Origin: an uncultured delta proteobacterium | GTDB lineage: Bacteria; Myxococcota_A; Polyangia; Polyangiales; B10-G4 | Assembly: GCA_963727445.1 (NCBI GenBank) | Contig: CAVSGI010000018.1 | Span: 18,086 to 82,085 of the forward strand | Direction of reading: 5' to 3' | DNA: 64,000 nt | Shown here: piece after piece, positions 18,509 to 29,640 of the stretch | How the letters are laid out: each line of letters begins with the position of its first letter | Position numbering within the stretch: the first letter of the stretch is position 1 | The notes under the pieces: generated by a model | What the model saw: only the letters and a program-made list of their open reading frames with translations | The model's database searches: none | What the model was told of the DNA's origin: nothing | Translations under genes and position numbers: made by a program

Positions 18509-20334
18509 CAGTCGATCTCCCCGGCCTGCGTCGCTGCGAGCACCTCGTCGATGCTTGTCATGCCCGCGAGGACCTTCCGCGCGCCGTCCTCGCGGAGCGT
18601 GCGCATCCCGTTCTTGGTAGCGACGCGCATGATGGTGTTGGAGTCGCTGTTGGCGAGGATCTCGCGGCGGATCTTCTCGTCGATCACCATCAGCTCGTAG
18701 ATGCCGACGCGACCGCGGTAGCCGAGCCCCGAGCACTCGTCACAGCCGCCCGCCTTGTAGAAGACCGTCTGCTGATGGTGGGCGGGCGCGTGCACCACGT
18801 TGGTGGCTTCGGCACCGAAGAGGTCTTCGTCGGTGAGGGTGAACTCGTCGGTGGTGGTCTCCTGGACCGGCGGCGGGACATGCGGTGGTGCCGACTGGCG
18901 CAGCCGGAGGAGCTCCTGCGGGTTGTTGGGGTCGAGGCCCAGCTCCTGAAAGTTCGCGTCGGTGGGGGTGTAGGGGACGCGGCAGTGGCGACAGAGACGA
19001 CGCACGAGGCGCTGCGCGAGCACCGCCATCACCGACGAGGAGATCTGGAAGGCCTGAACGCCCATGTCCACGAGGCGGGTGACCGCCGTCGGGGCGTCGT
19101 TGGTGTGAAGGGTGGAGAGCACCAGGTGACCGGTGAGCGATGCGTGGATCGCGATCTCCGCGGTCTCGTGATCGCGGATCTCACCGACCATGATCACGTC
19201 GGGGTCCTGTCGCAAGAAGGCGCGCATCGCCGACGCGAAGGTGAGATCGATCTTCGGGTTGGTCTGGACCTGACCAATGCCCTTCAGCTCGTACTCGACC
19301 GGATCTTCGGCGGTGAGGATGTTGCGGTGCTCGGTGTTGATGCGATTGAGACACGCGTAGAGGGTCGTCGTCTTCCCGGAGCCGGTGGGACCGGTGACGA
19401 GGACGATCCCGTTCGGGCGCTCGATCAGGGTGTGCATCGTGTGGAGCTCGGAGGGGTCGAAACCGAGGTCCGTGAGCTCGAGCAGGACGTTCTCCTTGTC
19501 GAGCAGACGCATGACGATCCGCTCACCCTTCGCGGTGGGGATGGTCGAGACGCGGACGTCGACGATCTTGCCGGCGATCTTCTTGGTGATGCGGCCATCC
19601 TGGGGGAGGCGCTTTTCGGCGATGTTCAGGCCAGCCTCGATCTTCACGCGGCTCACGATGGACGGGAGGAACCCGCGGTGGGCCTGCTTCTTCTTGGTGA
19701 GCCGACCGTCGATGCGATAGCGGACGACCACGTCGGAGTCGGTGGGCTCGATGTGAATGTCGGACGCGCGGTCGCGGACGGCGGTATAGAAGAGGTTGTT
19801 GACCCACCGGATGACCGGGGCCTCGTCGGTCATGTCGATGAGGTCCTGCAGCTCGTCGTCTTGAGCCTCTCCCTCCTTCGCCTCGTCGAGGGCCGCCTCG
19901 GTCTCGCGCTCGTAGACCCGGTTGATGGCGTCCTCGATCTTGTCGCCGGGGACGGCCACCGGCTCGAGCTCGGAGCCGAGCAGGACGCGCAGGTCGTCGA
20001 GCGGCGCGAGGTCCAGGGGGTTCGACACGGCTACCTGGACCACGTCGTTGAGCTTCCGGATGGGCAGGATCCGGTGCTGGCGCGCGAAGGTGATCGGCAC
20101 CAGGCCGATCAGCTCCTCCGAGACCTCGTCCGGCTTGATGTCGCTGTGCACCTGCATGCCGGTCTCGGCGGCGAGTGCCTTGACGTAGTCCTCCTCGTCA
20201 CACGCGGCGGTGGCGAGGAGCACGTCCTTGAGGTCCGCACCGCGCTCCTCGACCGTCGTCAGCGCTTGCTGGAGCTTCTCCGGGGTCAGGGCACCATGCC
20301 GGACCAGGATCTCGCCGACGTATTGAGGAAGCAT
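18508..20334 (-). CDS. gspE: Type II secretion ATPase E
   Basis: ASDIHIEP, RLPQDGR, GPTGSGKTTT, EDPVE, LRQDPDVIMVGEIRD, LSTLHTN; two CxxC motifs. Confidence 0.96.
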   Translation of the reverse strand: MLPQYVGEILVRHGALTPEKLQQALTTVEERGADLKDVLLATAACDEEDYVKALAAETGMQVHSDIKPDEVSEELIGLVPITFARQHRILPIRKLNDVVQVAVSNPLDLAPLDDLRVLLGSELEPVAVPGDKIEDAINRVYERETEAALDEAKEGEAQDDELQDLIDMTDEAPVIRWVNNLFYTAVRDRASDIHIEPTDSDVVVRYRIDGRLTKKKQAHRGFLPSIVSRVKIEAGLNIAEKRLPQDGRITKKIAGKIVDVRVSTIPTAKGERIVMRLLDKENVLLELTDLGFDPSELHTMHTLIERPNGIVLVTGPTGSGKTTTLYACLNRINTEHRNILTAEDPVEYELKGIGQVQTNPKIDLTFASAMRAFLRQDPDVIMVGEIRDHETAEIAIHASLTGHLVLSTLHTNDAPTAVTRLVDMGVQAFQISSSVMAVLAQRLVRRLCRHCRVPYTPTDANFQELGLDPNNPQELLRLRQSAPPHVPPPVQETTTDEFTLTDEDLFGAEATNVVHAPAHHQQTVFYKAGGCDECSGLGYRGRVGIYELMVIDEKIRREILANSDSNTIMRVATKNGMRTLREDGARKVLAGMTSIDEVLAATQAGEID

Positions 20335-20339
20335 GGCCG

Positions 20340-23097
20340 TTACTCCTCGCCCCCCCCTTCGGCTGGTGGAGGCTCCTCCACCACGTTCGGCATGTCGCCG
20401 CCCTCGTCTTGATCGGGTGCGATTGGACCATCGGGTGTGATCACTATCGAGCCTTCGCTCGGCCCCAGCTCCACGTCGGCTTCCCCGACCGCGGATCTGG
20501 GGACGTGTTCTGGTGGTGGTGTGTTCAGCGCCTCCGCCGCCAACTCCATCTCGTAGTTGATCTCGTCCATCTCGTTGACGATCTCCATCACCAGGCCGCG
20601 GGTTCGCGTGTAATCGACGTAGGGCTCGAAGTCCTGATTGCCGAACACGAAGAAGCGGTCGATGAACACCTGGCGCTCTCGCATCTTCCGTTCGTAGATG
20701 GAGCGGAGGTCCGAGCTGTCGCGGATGATGTACGGCGTCAGGAAGAGGAGCAGGTTGCGCTTCTCGGTGCTCACCGTGGTCTGACGGAAGAGGATGCCGA
20801 GCAGCGGTATGTCGCCGAGCACGGGTATCTTGCTCTCCGAGTTGATCACCGCGTCACGCATGAGCCCGCCGATGACGACCGTTTGCTGATCGCGCACGAC
20901 CATCTGCGTCTTCGCCGTGCGCTTGTTGATCGGTCTTGACGCCGAGGGTTCCCTCGGCGGTGGCCTGCGCTTCGGAGATCTCCTCTTCGATCTCGAGGCG
21001 GATCTCGTCCGATTCGTTGATGTGCGGTGTGATGCGCAGGGTAGTGCCGACGTCCTGACGGGGGACGGTACCGAAGCCGCCGGAGAGGCTTCCCAGGCTT
21101 CCGAGAGCGCTCGAGCCGCTGTTGCCTCCCGAGAGCCCACCCGCAGCGAGAGCCGCGAGGCCCGCTCCGCCGCCGAGCCCGCCGAAGCCCGAGGTCTGCA
21201 GCGGCACGTTCTGACCGACGCTGATCTCCGCCTCCTCGTTGTCCATGGCGATGATGTGTGGCGTGGACAGGATGTTGGTATCGCCGCTCTTCGACAGCGC
21301 GTTGAGCGCCACGCCGAAGGCCGGCACCGAGAAGCCGAGCAGTCGCTGCGACTCGGGGATCTGTGGACCGCGCACGCCGAGGGCGAGGCCGGTGAGGGCG
21401 GTCGGGATCGGTCCCGAAGCCCAGCGAGCCGAGGGCGTTGGAGCCGACGAGGAGCAGCGAGCCGTCGGCCGGTACGTCGGCGGCGCCGCCGTGGAAGCTC
21501 ACGCCGAGGGAGTTGGAGCGGTTGACCGCCATCTCCATGATCACCGCCTCGATGAAGACCTGTCGTCGGTGCTGGCGTCGAGGCGTTCGATGACCCGCCG
21601 GAGCGCGGCGTAGTCGTGGAGCGACAGGTGATCACCAGCGCGTTGGTGGCTTTGTGCGCGGTGACGCTGATGTCGCCCTCGAACACGGCGCCTGCGCCGC
21701 CCGCCGCCACGGCGCCGCCGCCCGCTGCACCACCGGCTGGTGCGCGGCCTCCGCCGGCGCGCGCTCCACCGCCGCCACCGCCGCCGCCACCACTGCCGCC
21801 GCCGATGAGGCTCTGCAGCGTGTCCGCGATCTGCTTCGGCGTCCCGTACTGGAGCGTGGTGGACGTGGATGCCGCCTTCGCCCTCCACCGGGACGTCGAG
21901 CGCGCGGATGAGCTCCAGGATGCGGAGATAGGCGCGCTCGGTGGCCAGGATCACCAGCGAGTTGCGTGCGCTCGTCCGGGATGATGTTGGTGATGCGCAT
22001 GGCTCGCCGCGCGGCGAGCCGACCGTGGCCGGCCCTGCGGACGCCGCCGCGGCTGCGGCGGCCGGCTGACCGCGTCGCGGCGCCGCCGGGCGTGCGTTGC
22101 CGGCCGCCGCTGCTGCTCGAGCCGCCGCCGCTGCTGCCGTTGCCGGCGCTCGGGAAGATCTCCGCGAGCAGCGTTCGGCCATCTCCTCCGCGTTCGCGTA
22201 GTGGATGGGCTCGATCCAGATCTGCTCGCCCGTCGCGTGGGACGTCGATCGCCTCGAGGATCGCGCAGCATCCGGCGGATGTTCGAGCCGAGGTCGGTGA
22301 TGATCAGCGTGTTGGTCGGCGCGTAGGCGGTGACGCTGCCCTTCGCGTGACTTGAAGCGACTGAGCAGCGTCGCCGACGTCCTCGGCCGAGACGTTGCCG
22401 ACGCGGTACATGCGGGTGACGTAGCGGTCGTCGGTGGGGCTGCGCGAGCCACCGCCGTAGAACGGGATCGGCTGCTGCTCGATGCCGGAGGACTCGACGA
22501 TCTTCAGGTAGCGACCCGAGGGCACCACGGTCATGCCGTTGAGCTCCAGGATCGACAAGAACGCGCGGTAGGCCTCGGCGGCCGTGACCTTCGTCGGCGC
22601 GTAGACGGTGGCCTTGATGGAGCGGACCTTGCCCGGGAGGATGAAGCGCTTGCCGGTGATGCTGCGAGATCAGACGCACCAGGTCGGGCAGGTCGGCGTC
22701 CTCGAGGGTGAAGGTCGACGCGCGCGCCGGGGGACATCGGCTGGTAGTCGATCCCGGTCTCGAACTCCTGGATGTTGCCCATGTTGGGCTGACCGCCTTC
22801 GCCTTCGCCGCCTGTTCCGCCGAGTGCGCCACCCCCGCCCCCGCCCGTGCCCGTGCCCGTGCCGCCCCCGCCGCCAGTGCGCACCTGCGGCGTCGGGCCT
22901 TGCTGTTGCGCGCGCTGTTGGGCGAGCTGCTTGAGCGCCGGGCGAAGGCGCTCCCGGGTCTGGATCGGGAGCTGAGGACGCTGCTCTTGCTCCTCCCCTT
23001 CTTGCTGGTCCTGCTCCTGTGCGTGCGCGATCCCCAGCCCGCAGACCATGATCGAAGCCGAGACGAGAAGGATCGGCGTAGAGACTGAGTTCTTCAT
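20340..23097 (-). CDS. gspD: Type II secretion secretin D (multiple frameshifts as assembled)
   Basis: Fragments in several frames: LEDADLPDLVR, TNTLIITD, NILSTPHIIAMDNEEAEISVG, RQDVG, KIPVLGDIPLLGILFR, LLLFLTPYII. Confidence 0.9.
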
Positions 23098-24087
23098 TGA
23101 ATGTTGTACTCGAGTGCCATGGGGTTACCGCGACGCACGACGTTGACGCTCAGGTTGTTGGCCCCGCGCAAACGCGAATACGCCTCGAGCGCGCTGTCGG
23201 GACTGGTCATGTCGTAGCCGTTGATCGTTCGGAGCATGTCGCCGTTCTGCAGGCCGAGTCGGCCGAGGAGGCTGTTCCGCCGAATGCCGTAGAGCTTCAC
23301 GCCCACGGTGCGGCCGTTCTCCGTGTGGGGGATGATCCGCGCCGTACGCATCAGCTCGGCCTGGTTGGTGAGGAGCTGATCGACGAGGCCCCGGCTCACC
23401 GTGAAGTTCGTGTCCGAGTTGCGCTGGATGCCGCTCTCGATGTCGGAAGCCGCGATGCCGCCCTCGTCGCGCGCGGACTGATCTTCGTTGTCCATGCTCG
23501 AGGCGCTCACGCGCGCGGTCGGGCGGGGGGTCGCCGTCTCGGGCGCCTCCGGCTCGAACATGGTGAGCGGGCAGTGGCTGCCGGTCTCCGGACGCATCAC
23601 CACCTTGGAGGGGCCGATGGCGACCAGCAGGCGGCCATCGATGGTCATGCCCTCGCGGTAGAGCAGGGCCTTGCCGGAGGCGCCGGTGATCGCGGCGAAG
23701 GACCACGCGGGGTTGCGGGTGTTCACCAGGGCACCGACGAGGCGCACCGAGCCGTCGCAGTGGGGCAGCGGAGCGTTCGGGATCCAGCTCCTCCTCCACC
23801 AGCTCCTCGCTGCCCTCCTCGTCGGTGGCGACGGTGACGTGGCAGAGGTCGCCCGACTCCGAGTCGAAGATGTTCCGCTCGAGGATCGGGCAGGGATCCT
23901 TGCGCTCCACCGTCGCCCGGGCGCGGGGCCCGCCGCGGGGCGCGGCCGCCACCGGCGTCTCGGTGTCGAGGGCCAGAAACGTGGACGCGATGAGCCCGGT
24001 CGCGCCCTGCGCGAAGAAAAGCGCAGTCAGCGCCAACGTGACGATCACGATGGCGACGACGATCCAGCGGTCTTTCCGAGAGCTCAC
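23094..24087 (-). CDS. gspC: Type II secretion protein C with PDZ domain (frameshift near 23765)
   Basis: N-terminal TM, RNIFDS, LVGALV, C-terminal PDZ GLQNGDMLRTING. Confidence 0.85.
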
Positions 24088-24114
24088 GACAGGGATTCCC
24101 AAACGCTCTTCTGA

Positions 24115-24130
24115 AGCAACGCGCGTGCCT
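24115..24130 (-). promoter_or_regulatory. Sigma54 (-24/-12) promoter of the gsp operon
   Basis: Minus strand AGGCACGCGCGTTGCT matches TGGCACG-N4-TTGCW with exact GG-N10-GC spacing, 27 nt upstream of the gspC GTG. Confidence 0.85.
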
Positions 24131-24235
24131 AGTCGAAGGAAGGCGTTAATTCCAGCGAAAACGGCACATTTCGCCGCCTTGTTTCCCGCTCCGATGGACA
24201 AGCTGACAGGACCCTCGGCGATCGGGAGCTCCGCG

Positions 24236-24248
24236 TGACAATTCGTCA
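24236..24248. promoter_or_regulatory. Palindrome TGAC-N5-GTCA, putative enhancer (UAS)
   Basis: TGACAATTCGTCA about 110 bp upstream of the -24 element; a degenerate copy GGAC-N5-GACA lies at 24196-24208. Confidence 0.6.
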
Positions 24249-25614
24249 GTCGGGAGTCGCGCTCGGCGTCGAGCTTCCGGTAGATCGTGCGGGCGCTGAT
24301 CCCGAGGAGCTGGGCGGCCAATTGCTTGTCGCCCTGGGTGTGGTCGAGGGTGGCGTGCATGACCCGTCGCTCGATCTCGCTCATCGGCGTACCGATGGGG
24401 AAAGACAGGGTCTCCTCGCTCGCTTCGGCGCTGGCGATCGGGGCCGGGCAGATCTGCGGCGTCGAGCGTGCTCGCTCTTGCCGAGCACCACCGCGCGCTC
24501 GATCACGTTCTCGAGCTCGCGCACGTTCCCGGGCCAGTCGTAGGCGCATCAGGCGATCGAGGGCCGCGCGGCTCGGGCTCATCCGGCGTCTTGCCGTTCT
24601 TGCGGCAGTAGAGCTCGAGGAAGTGATCGACCAGGAGCGGGACGTCGTCGCGCCGATCCGCCAGGCGCGGGCGAGGTGATGGCGATGACGTTGAGCCGAT
24701 AGAAGAGGTCCTCGCGGAAGCTCGCCGCGCGAAACCGCCCTGCGCAGATCGCGGTTGGTGGCGGCGATGAGCCGGAAGCTCGCGTTCTGGGTGCTTGCCG
24801 CCGAGCGGCTCGTACTCGCCCTCCTGCAGGACGCGCAGGAGCTTGACCTGCACCGCGGGGCTGAGCTCGCCGATCTCGTCGAGGAAGAGCGTGCCGCCGG
24901 CGGCCTGGGCGATGCGGCCCTCGCGCTTCTGGACGGCGCCGGTGAAGGCGCCCTTCTCGTGACCGAAGAGCTCGGCCTCGACGATGGTCTCGGGCAGCGC
25001 CGCGAGGTTCACGCCGACGAAGGGCCCGTCGCGCCCGCTGCGCTCGTGGATGAAGCGCGCGATCAGCTCCTTGCCGGTGCCGCTCTCGCCGAGCACCAGC
25101 ACGTTGGCGGTGGAGGGCGCGGCCTGCCCCGCGGTGTCGAGGGCGTGGCGGAGGGTCGGGGGAGTTGCCGACGATGGAGCGGCTCTTGAGCGCCGACAGC
25201 TCCTGCTTCAGCGTGCGGTTTTCGGCGACCAGGCGATGGCGCTCGGCGGCCTTGCGCACCTTGGTGACGATCTGCATCCGCTTGAGCGGCTTCTCGACGA
25301 AGTCATAGGCGCCCTCGCGCATCGCCTCGACCGCGGTCTCGATGGTGCCGTAGGCGGTCATCACCACCGACTCGGCGTCGGGCGCCACCGTCGCGAGCGC
25401 CTTGATCAGCTCGATGCCGCTCATCCCCGGCATCATCAGATCGGTGAGCACCACGTCGACCTGGTGGCTGCCGGCAGCAGGTCGAGGGCCTCGCGGCCCC
25501 CTGCCGGCCGAGAGCACCCGCAAGCCCTCCTCGCGCGAAGATCCTCTCAGGGAGTCGCAGGTTGCTGCGCTCGTCGTCGACCACGAGGATGGTCGTCTCG
25601 GTCAAGCTCTCCAC
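24246..25614 (-). CDS. Sigma54-dependent response regulator, NtrC family (REC-AAA+-Fis HTH; frameshifted as assembled)
   Basis: [80 protein letters not shown] before GTG 25614; stop position inferred. Confidence 0.9.
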
Positions 25615-25626
25615 GCGGCCTCCGGA

Positions 25627-25678
25627 TGACCTTTTGTCATCTTGGTCTGACATGTTGTCATCGCCCGACAACTTGTCA
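25627..25678. promoter_or_regulatory. Three tandem TGAC-N5-GTCA operator-like palindromes
   Basis: TGACCTTTTGTCA 25627-39, TGACATGTTGTCA 25648-60, CGACAACTTGTCA 25666-78. Confidence 0.65.
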
Positions 25679-25857
25679 ACAGTCTTGCTCTCCGCCGGGG
25701 TGTGCTCGATTTGTCCGAGATCCATGATGTATTCGCCCTTTCCAAGCGAGGCGCCGATAGCGACGCGCTCCTCACCACGGGTGATGAGCAAGACCGGGGC
25801 CACCTTGACGACCTCGCGTCACATCCACAGAACGATGGCCACAGGGAGGGCTGTCGA

Positions 25858-26895
25858 ATGCTGCGCTATCGGATGTTGGGCCCGTCGGGGCTTCGGGTCT
25901 CCGAGCTCTGTCTCGGGACCATGAGCTTCGGCGAGGATTGGGGCTTCGGGGCGGACGAGAAGACGAGCCACCAGATCCTCGACACCTTCGCCGAGGCCGG
26001 CGGGAGCTTCCTCGACACGGCGAACAAGTATCACAACGGTCAGACCGAGGAGATTGTCGGGCGGTGGCTCGAGGGCAGGCGGGACCGGATGGTCGTCGCC
26101 ACCAAGTACACGCTGTCGATGGATCACGCCGATCCGAACGCCGCGGGCAACCACCGCAAGAACATGCGCCTCGCGGTCGAGGCGAGCCTTCGCCGCCTCC
26201 GGACCGACTACATCGACCTGCTCTGGGTTCACGCCTGGGACCGGCACACGCCATATGAAGAGACGATGCGGGGTCTCGACAATCTCGTCCGCGCGGGCAA
26301 GGTCTGCTACGTGGGGATCAGCGACACCCCGGCTTGGGTCGTGTCGGCGTCGAACGTGCTCGCAGATCTGAAGGGGTGGAGCCCCTTCGTGGGTCTGCAG
26401 ATCGAGTACTCCCTCCTCGAACGGACGGTGGAGACCGATTTGCTGCCCATGGCCGAACACTTCGGCCTGTCGGTTCTGGCGTGGGCACCCCTCGGTGGTG
26501 GCGTGCTCACCGGCAAGTACACGCGAGGAGATGGGGCGGTGGATTCCAAGCGCGCTCGAGGCAACGAGAGTCGCGGCCGTACGAGCGAGCGCGCGCTCGC
26601 CATCGCCCATCGAGTAGACGAGATTGCGGACGCGATGGGGGTGAGCAGCGCGCAGGTGGCGACCGCGTGGGTGCGTTCTCACGGCTACCGCTACATCCCC
26701 ATCGTGGGCGCCCGAAAGGTTTCCCAGATCGAAGACACCCTCGGCTCTGTCGACGTCGAGCTGAGCGAGGCACACCTGAGCGCCCTCGACCAGCTCAGCC
26801 GACCCACCCTGGGATTCCCGCAGCGCTTCCTCGAGAGCGAGGGCGTGATGGACACGGTCTATGGCGAGGTCCGTCAACGGATTGACGGCCGCTGA
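25858..26895 (+). CDS. Aldo/keto reductase
   Basis: GLRVSELCLGTM, DTANKY, ATKY, SLRRLRTDYIDL, GKVCYVGISD, WAPLGGG. Confidence 0.93.
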   Translation: MLRYRMLGPSGLRVSELCLGTMSFGEDWGFGADEKTSHQILDTFAEAGGSFLDTANKYHNGQTEEIVGRWLEGRRDRMVVATKYTLSMDHADPNAAGNHRKNMRLAVEASLRRLRTDYIDLLWVHAWDRHTPYEETMRGLDNLVRAGKVCYVGISDTPAWVVSASNVLADLKGWSPFVGLQIEYSLLERTVETDLLPMAEHFGLSVLAWAPLGGGVLTGKYTRGDGAVDSKRARGNESRGRTSERALAIAHRVDEIADAMGVSSAQVATAWVRSHGYRYIPIVGARKVSQIEDTLGSVDVELSEAHLSALDQLSRPTLGFPQRFLESEGVMDTVYGEVRQRIDGR

Positions 26896-27956
26896 TCAGG
26901 TCGGAGCGTCGAAGAGAGAGAGCTGCCCCGAGGGATCGGGGCGCCGAAACGTCGAGGGCCGCTCGGGCGAGCTCGCCCATCTCGTAGCCGAGGCGGCGGC
27001 AGCTCTGTTCGAAGAGCGCTTCGGTCGCCTTCCACCGCTCGCCCAGGCCGCCCATCCGCGCGTGGAAGCGGCTCTCGTCGAGCTTGCCGCCGCGAAGCTC
27101 GCGGACGGCGCTCTCGATCTTCTTCAGCCGCGGCGCCGGAAGCACGCTCTCGAGCCGCACGTGAAAGACGTCTTTGACGTCGCCGGGAAGGCGCAGGCTC
27201 GAGATGAACGCCCGCCGCGCGCCCGCCTCGCGCGCGCGCTCGAGGATGAAAGGGATGTGGCTGTCGCCGAGGCCCGGGGATCACGGGCGCCACTGCCACA
27301 CCGACGGGGACGCCCGCCTCGCAGAGAACGCGCAGCGTCTCGAAGCGTCGCGATACCGGGCTCGCCCACGGCTCGATCCGCCGGCCGGTGTCGTCGTCGG
27401 CGAAGGGGATCGACAGCCACACGAAGCAATCGGCCTCGGCCGCCAGCCGAGAGAGGAGCTCGGCGTCGCGCCGGATCACCGAGCTCTTGGTGATGATCGA
27501 GACGGGATTTCGAAACTCGAGGAAGACCTCGAGGCATGCGCGCGTGAGTCGGAACGCGGCTTCGAGCGGCTGGTAGCAATCGGTGATGCCGCTCAGCGTC
27601 ACCCGCTCGCCGCGCCATCGTCGCGCGTGGAGCTCGCGGCGAAGCACCTCGGCGATGTTCTCCTTGACGACGATCTTCCGCTCGAAGTCGGAGCCGGAGC
27701 CCCACCCGAGGTACTCGTGGTAGGGCCGCGCGTAGCAATACGCGCAGCCGTGGTAGCAGCCGCGGTAGGGGTTGAGGCCCCAGCGGAAACCGAGGTCGGG
27801 GCTGTCGTTCTCCACCAGCGCCGAGCGCGCGCTCTCCCGATAGACCTCGAGCTTCGCCGGCGGTGGCTCACCCTCCCAATCGACATGGCTTTCCACCCAT
27901 GGATTCGGTGGGTTGAAGACGCGTTGGGGTGGGCGCACTGAAAGAGTGTGCAGCAT
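26896..27956 (-). CDS. PA0069/Rv2578c-like (SplB-related) radical SAM protein (frameshifts near 27275 and 26970)
   Basis: NPYRGCYHGCAYCYAR, DCYQPLE, IITKS, APVIPG; reconstructed C-terminus ...GQLSLFDAPT*. Confidence 0.85.
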
Positions 27957-27977
27957 CCCGGAGCGCGCGTCCAGGGC

Positions 27978-28388
27978 TCACTCCGCGGGCCGGCGCACCA
28001 CCCGCAGGATCACCTCGGCGTCCGCTTCGACAGGGCGGCAGCGTTCGTCGCAGGCCCAACCCGAGACGTGAACTCGGAGCACGGAGGTGCCGGCGGTGGC
28101 GGCCAGGATCGGGATCGAGAAGCGCAGGACGGGTGCGCTCGGATCCTCGGCGTCCGCACGGAGCAGGCGGCCGCGCACCACCTCGACCGCGGTTCCCTCG
28201 CTGGTCGGCGTGAGCAGCACCGGGCGATCGCCTTCGGGGAAGATCGTGACGCGCACGATCACCGACCGGCGATCCCCGACCGTGAGGTGCGCGGGGGGTT
28301 CGATCACCAGCTCGGCGCGCGCGTCCTCCTGCGCCATCGCCTTCGTGGTGCAGGCGAGGAGCGCGAGCGCGAGGAAGCCTTCGATCAA
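27978..28388 (-). CDS. Hypothetical secreted Ig-like beta protein
   Basis: Signal peptide ending AMA; beta-strand-rich; CDERC; overlaps the upstream stop codon. Confidence 0.55.
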   Translation of the reverse strand: MIEGFLALALLACTTKAMAQEDARAELVIEPPAHLTVGDRRSVIVRVTIFPEGDRPVLLTPTSEGTAVEVVRGRLLRADAEDPSAPVLRFSIPILAATAGTSVLRVHVSGWACDERCRPVEADAEVILRVVRRPAE

Positions 28389-29491
28389 TCGGCGTAGGGA
28401 ACCGTCTCGCATTGGGCTTGGACTCCGTGCCAGCGCATGAGACTCGTCTGCGGCTTGCCCTCGTCGCTGTACTCGATGAGCGCGTAGGTCAGGCCGCTGT
28501 CCTGGCCGAGGTACTGGATGTCGAGATTGATCATGTTGATCCAGGTGCCGGTGTTCACCAGGAGCTTGTTCCCCGGCAGGCGCCGGAAGCGCGGCCCGTG
28601 GCTGTGGCCGACGATCAGCGTGTGTACGCCGCGCATCTTGCGGAGCGCGCGCACCGACGCCTCGTCGTAGCCGCCGAGGGCGATCACCTCTTCCTTGACG
28701 CGACTCGGGCAGCTGACGGATGCGCTCGCGCCACGCGCGGAGCGTGAAGATGCGGTACTTCAAGAAGTACACGGTGGAGCGCCAGAGGAAGCGCAGCACG
28801 AAGGTGGGATCGAAGAGCAGCCCGGCGACCAGGAAGCGGCCGAGTGGCTGGATGCGGTCGACGTAGTTCCGCTCTTCCTTGGCGGGGTTCATGACCTCGA
28901 GGATCCACAGCGTGCCCCAGGGCAGAGCGAGGATCTCCGAGCCGTCGCGCCGCTTCTCGACCATGCGCTCGTAGTCGACGCGATGGATGCGCTCGAGCTG
29001 ATGGCCGTGCTTTATCTGGATGCCCTCGGGCAGATAATAGGTGTCGGAGCTCGTGATGAAGCGGACGCGATCGGCCGCGTCGCCCGGAGCCACATACCGG
29101 CGGAAGAGCTCCTGCGGGCCCGGAAACCACATGTCCAGGTCGTGATTGCCCGGCAGGTATGTGACTCTTCTGTTGGGGCGGCTCAGAAATTCACGGACGG
29201 AATGGACGAAGCGGGGATGACCTTCGAGGCATTGCTTGAGCTTCTCGGTGGCGATTTCGTCCGTGATCTCGGTCGGCCACTTTCCTTCGATCTTGATCTT
29301 CAACAGGTCGAAGATGTCCCCGTTCAGGATGAGCTCGACCTCGGTGTCGGCGCCTGCGACCCGGTCGTAGTGGCTCAGAAGCTCCGCAAATCGGTCGTCG
29401 TGGAAGAAATCCTCCAAGATGTTCAGCTCACCACGGCGCCGTCCCGAGCCGAGGTGGAGATCTCTGAGACTACGAGTCGAAGCAGCTTCAT
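28385..29491 (-). CDS. Calcineurin-like metallophosphoesterase (frameshifts near 29462 and 28700)
   Basis: (S)DLHLG reconstructed, NGDIFD, GNHD, HGH, GHSH, NTGTW. Confidence 0.85.
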
Positions 29492-29640
29492 TTCGAATCT
29501 TCGATGTGGCGGAAGCTACCGAAAAACAAGGGTGAGCGCTCCTTGACTTCGCCCTTTCGTGGTCGATACTGCCACACAGTCACACTTAATAGAGGCGGGT
29601 CTCGTATGCGGGTTGAATCCGCCTCGGCAGGGAGTTCTCG

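Noticed and set aside
9452..24087. Type IV pilus or Tad/Kil system interpretation
   Set aside because: GspC-PDZ, GspK, GspN and the gene order indicate T2SS; no PilT or Tad-type genes are present
23125..24582. Apparent fusion of the Fis-HTH to the GspC N-terminus
   Set aside because: It reads through the sigma54 promoter region; removing one base near 24250 restores a stop, so it is an indel artefact
27978..29417. Apparent phosphoesterase-secreted protein fusion
   Set aside because: Frameshift near 28700; the phosphoesterase C-terminus (GHSH, NTGTW) is in another frame and ends at 28385
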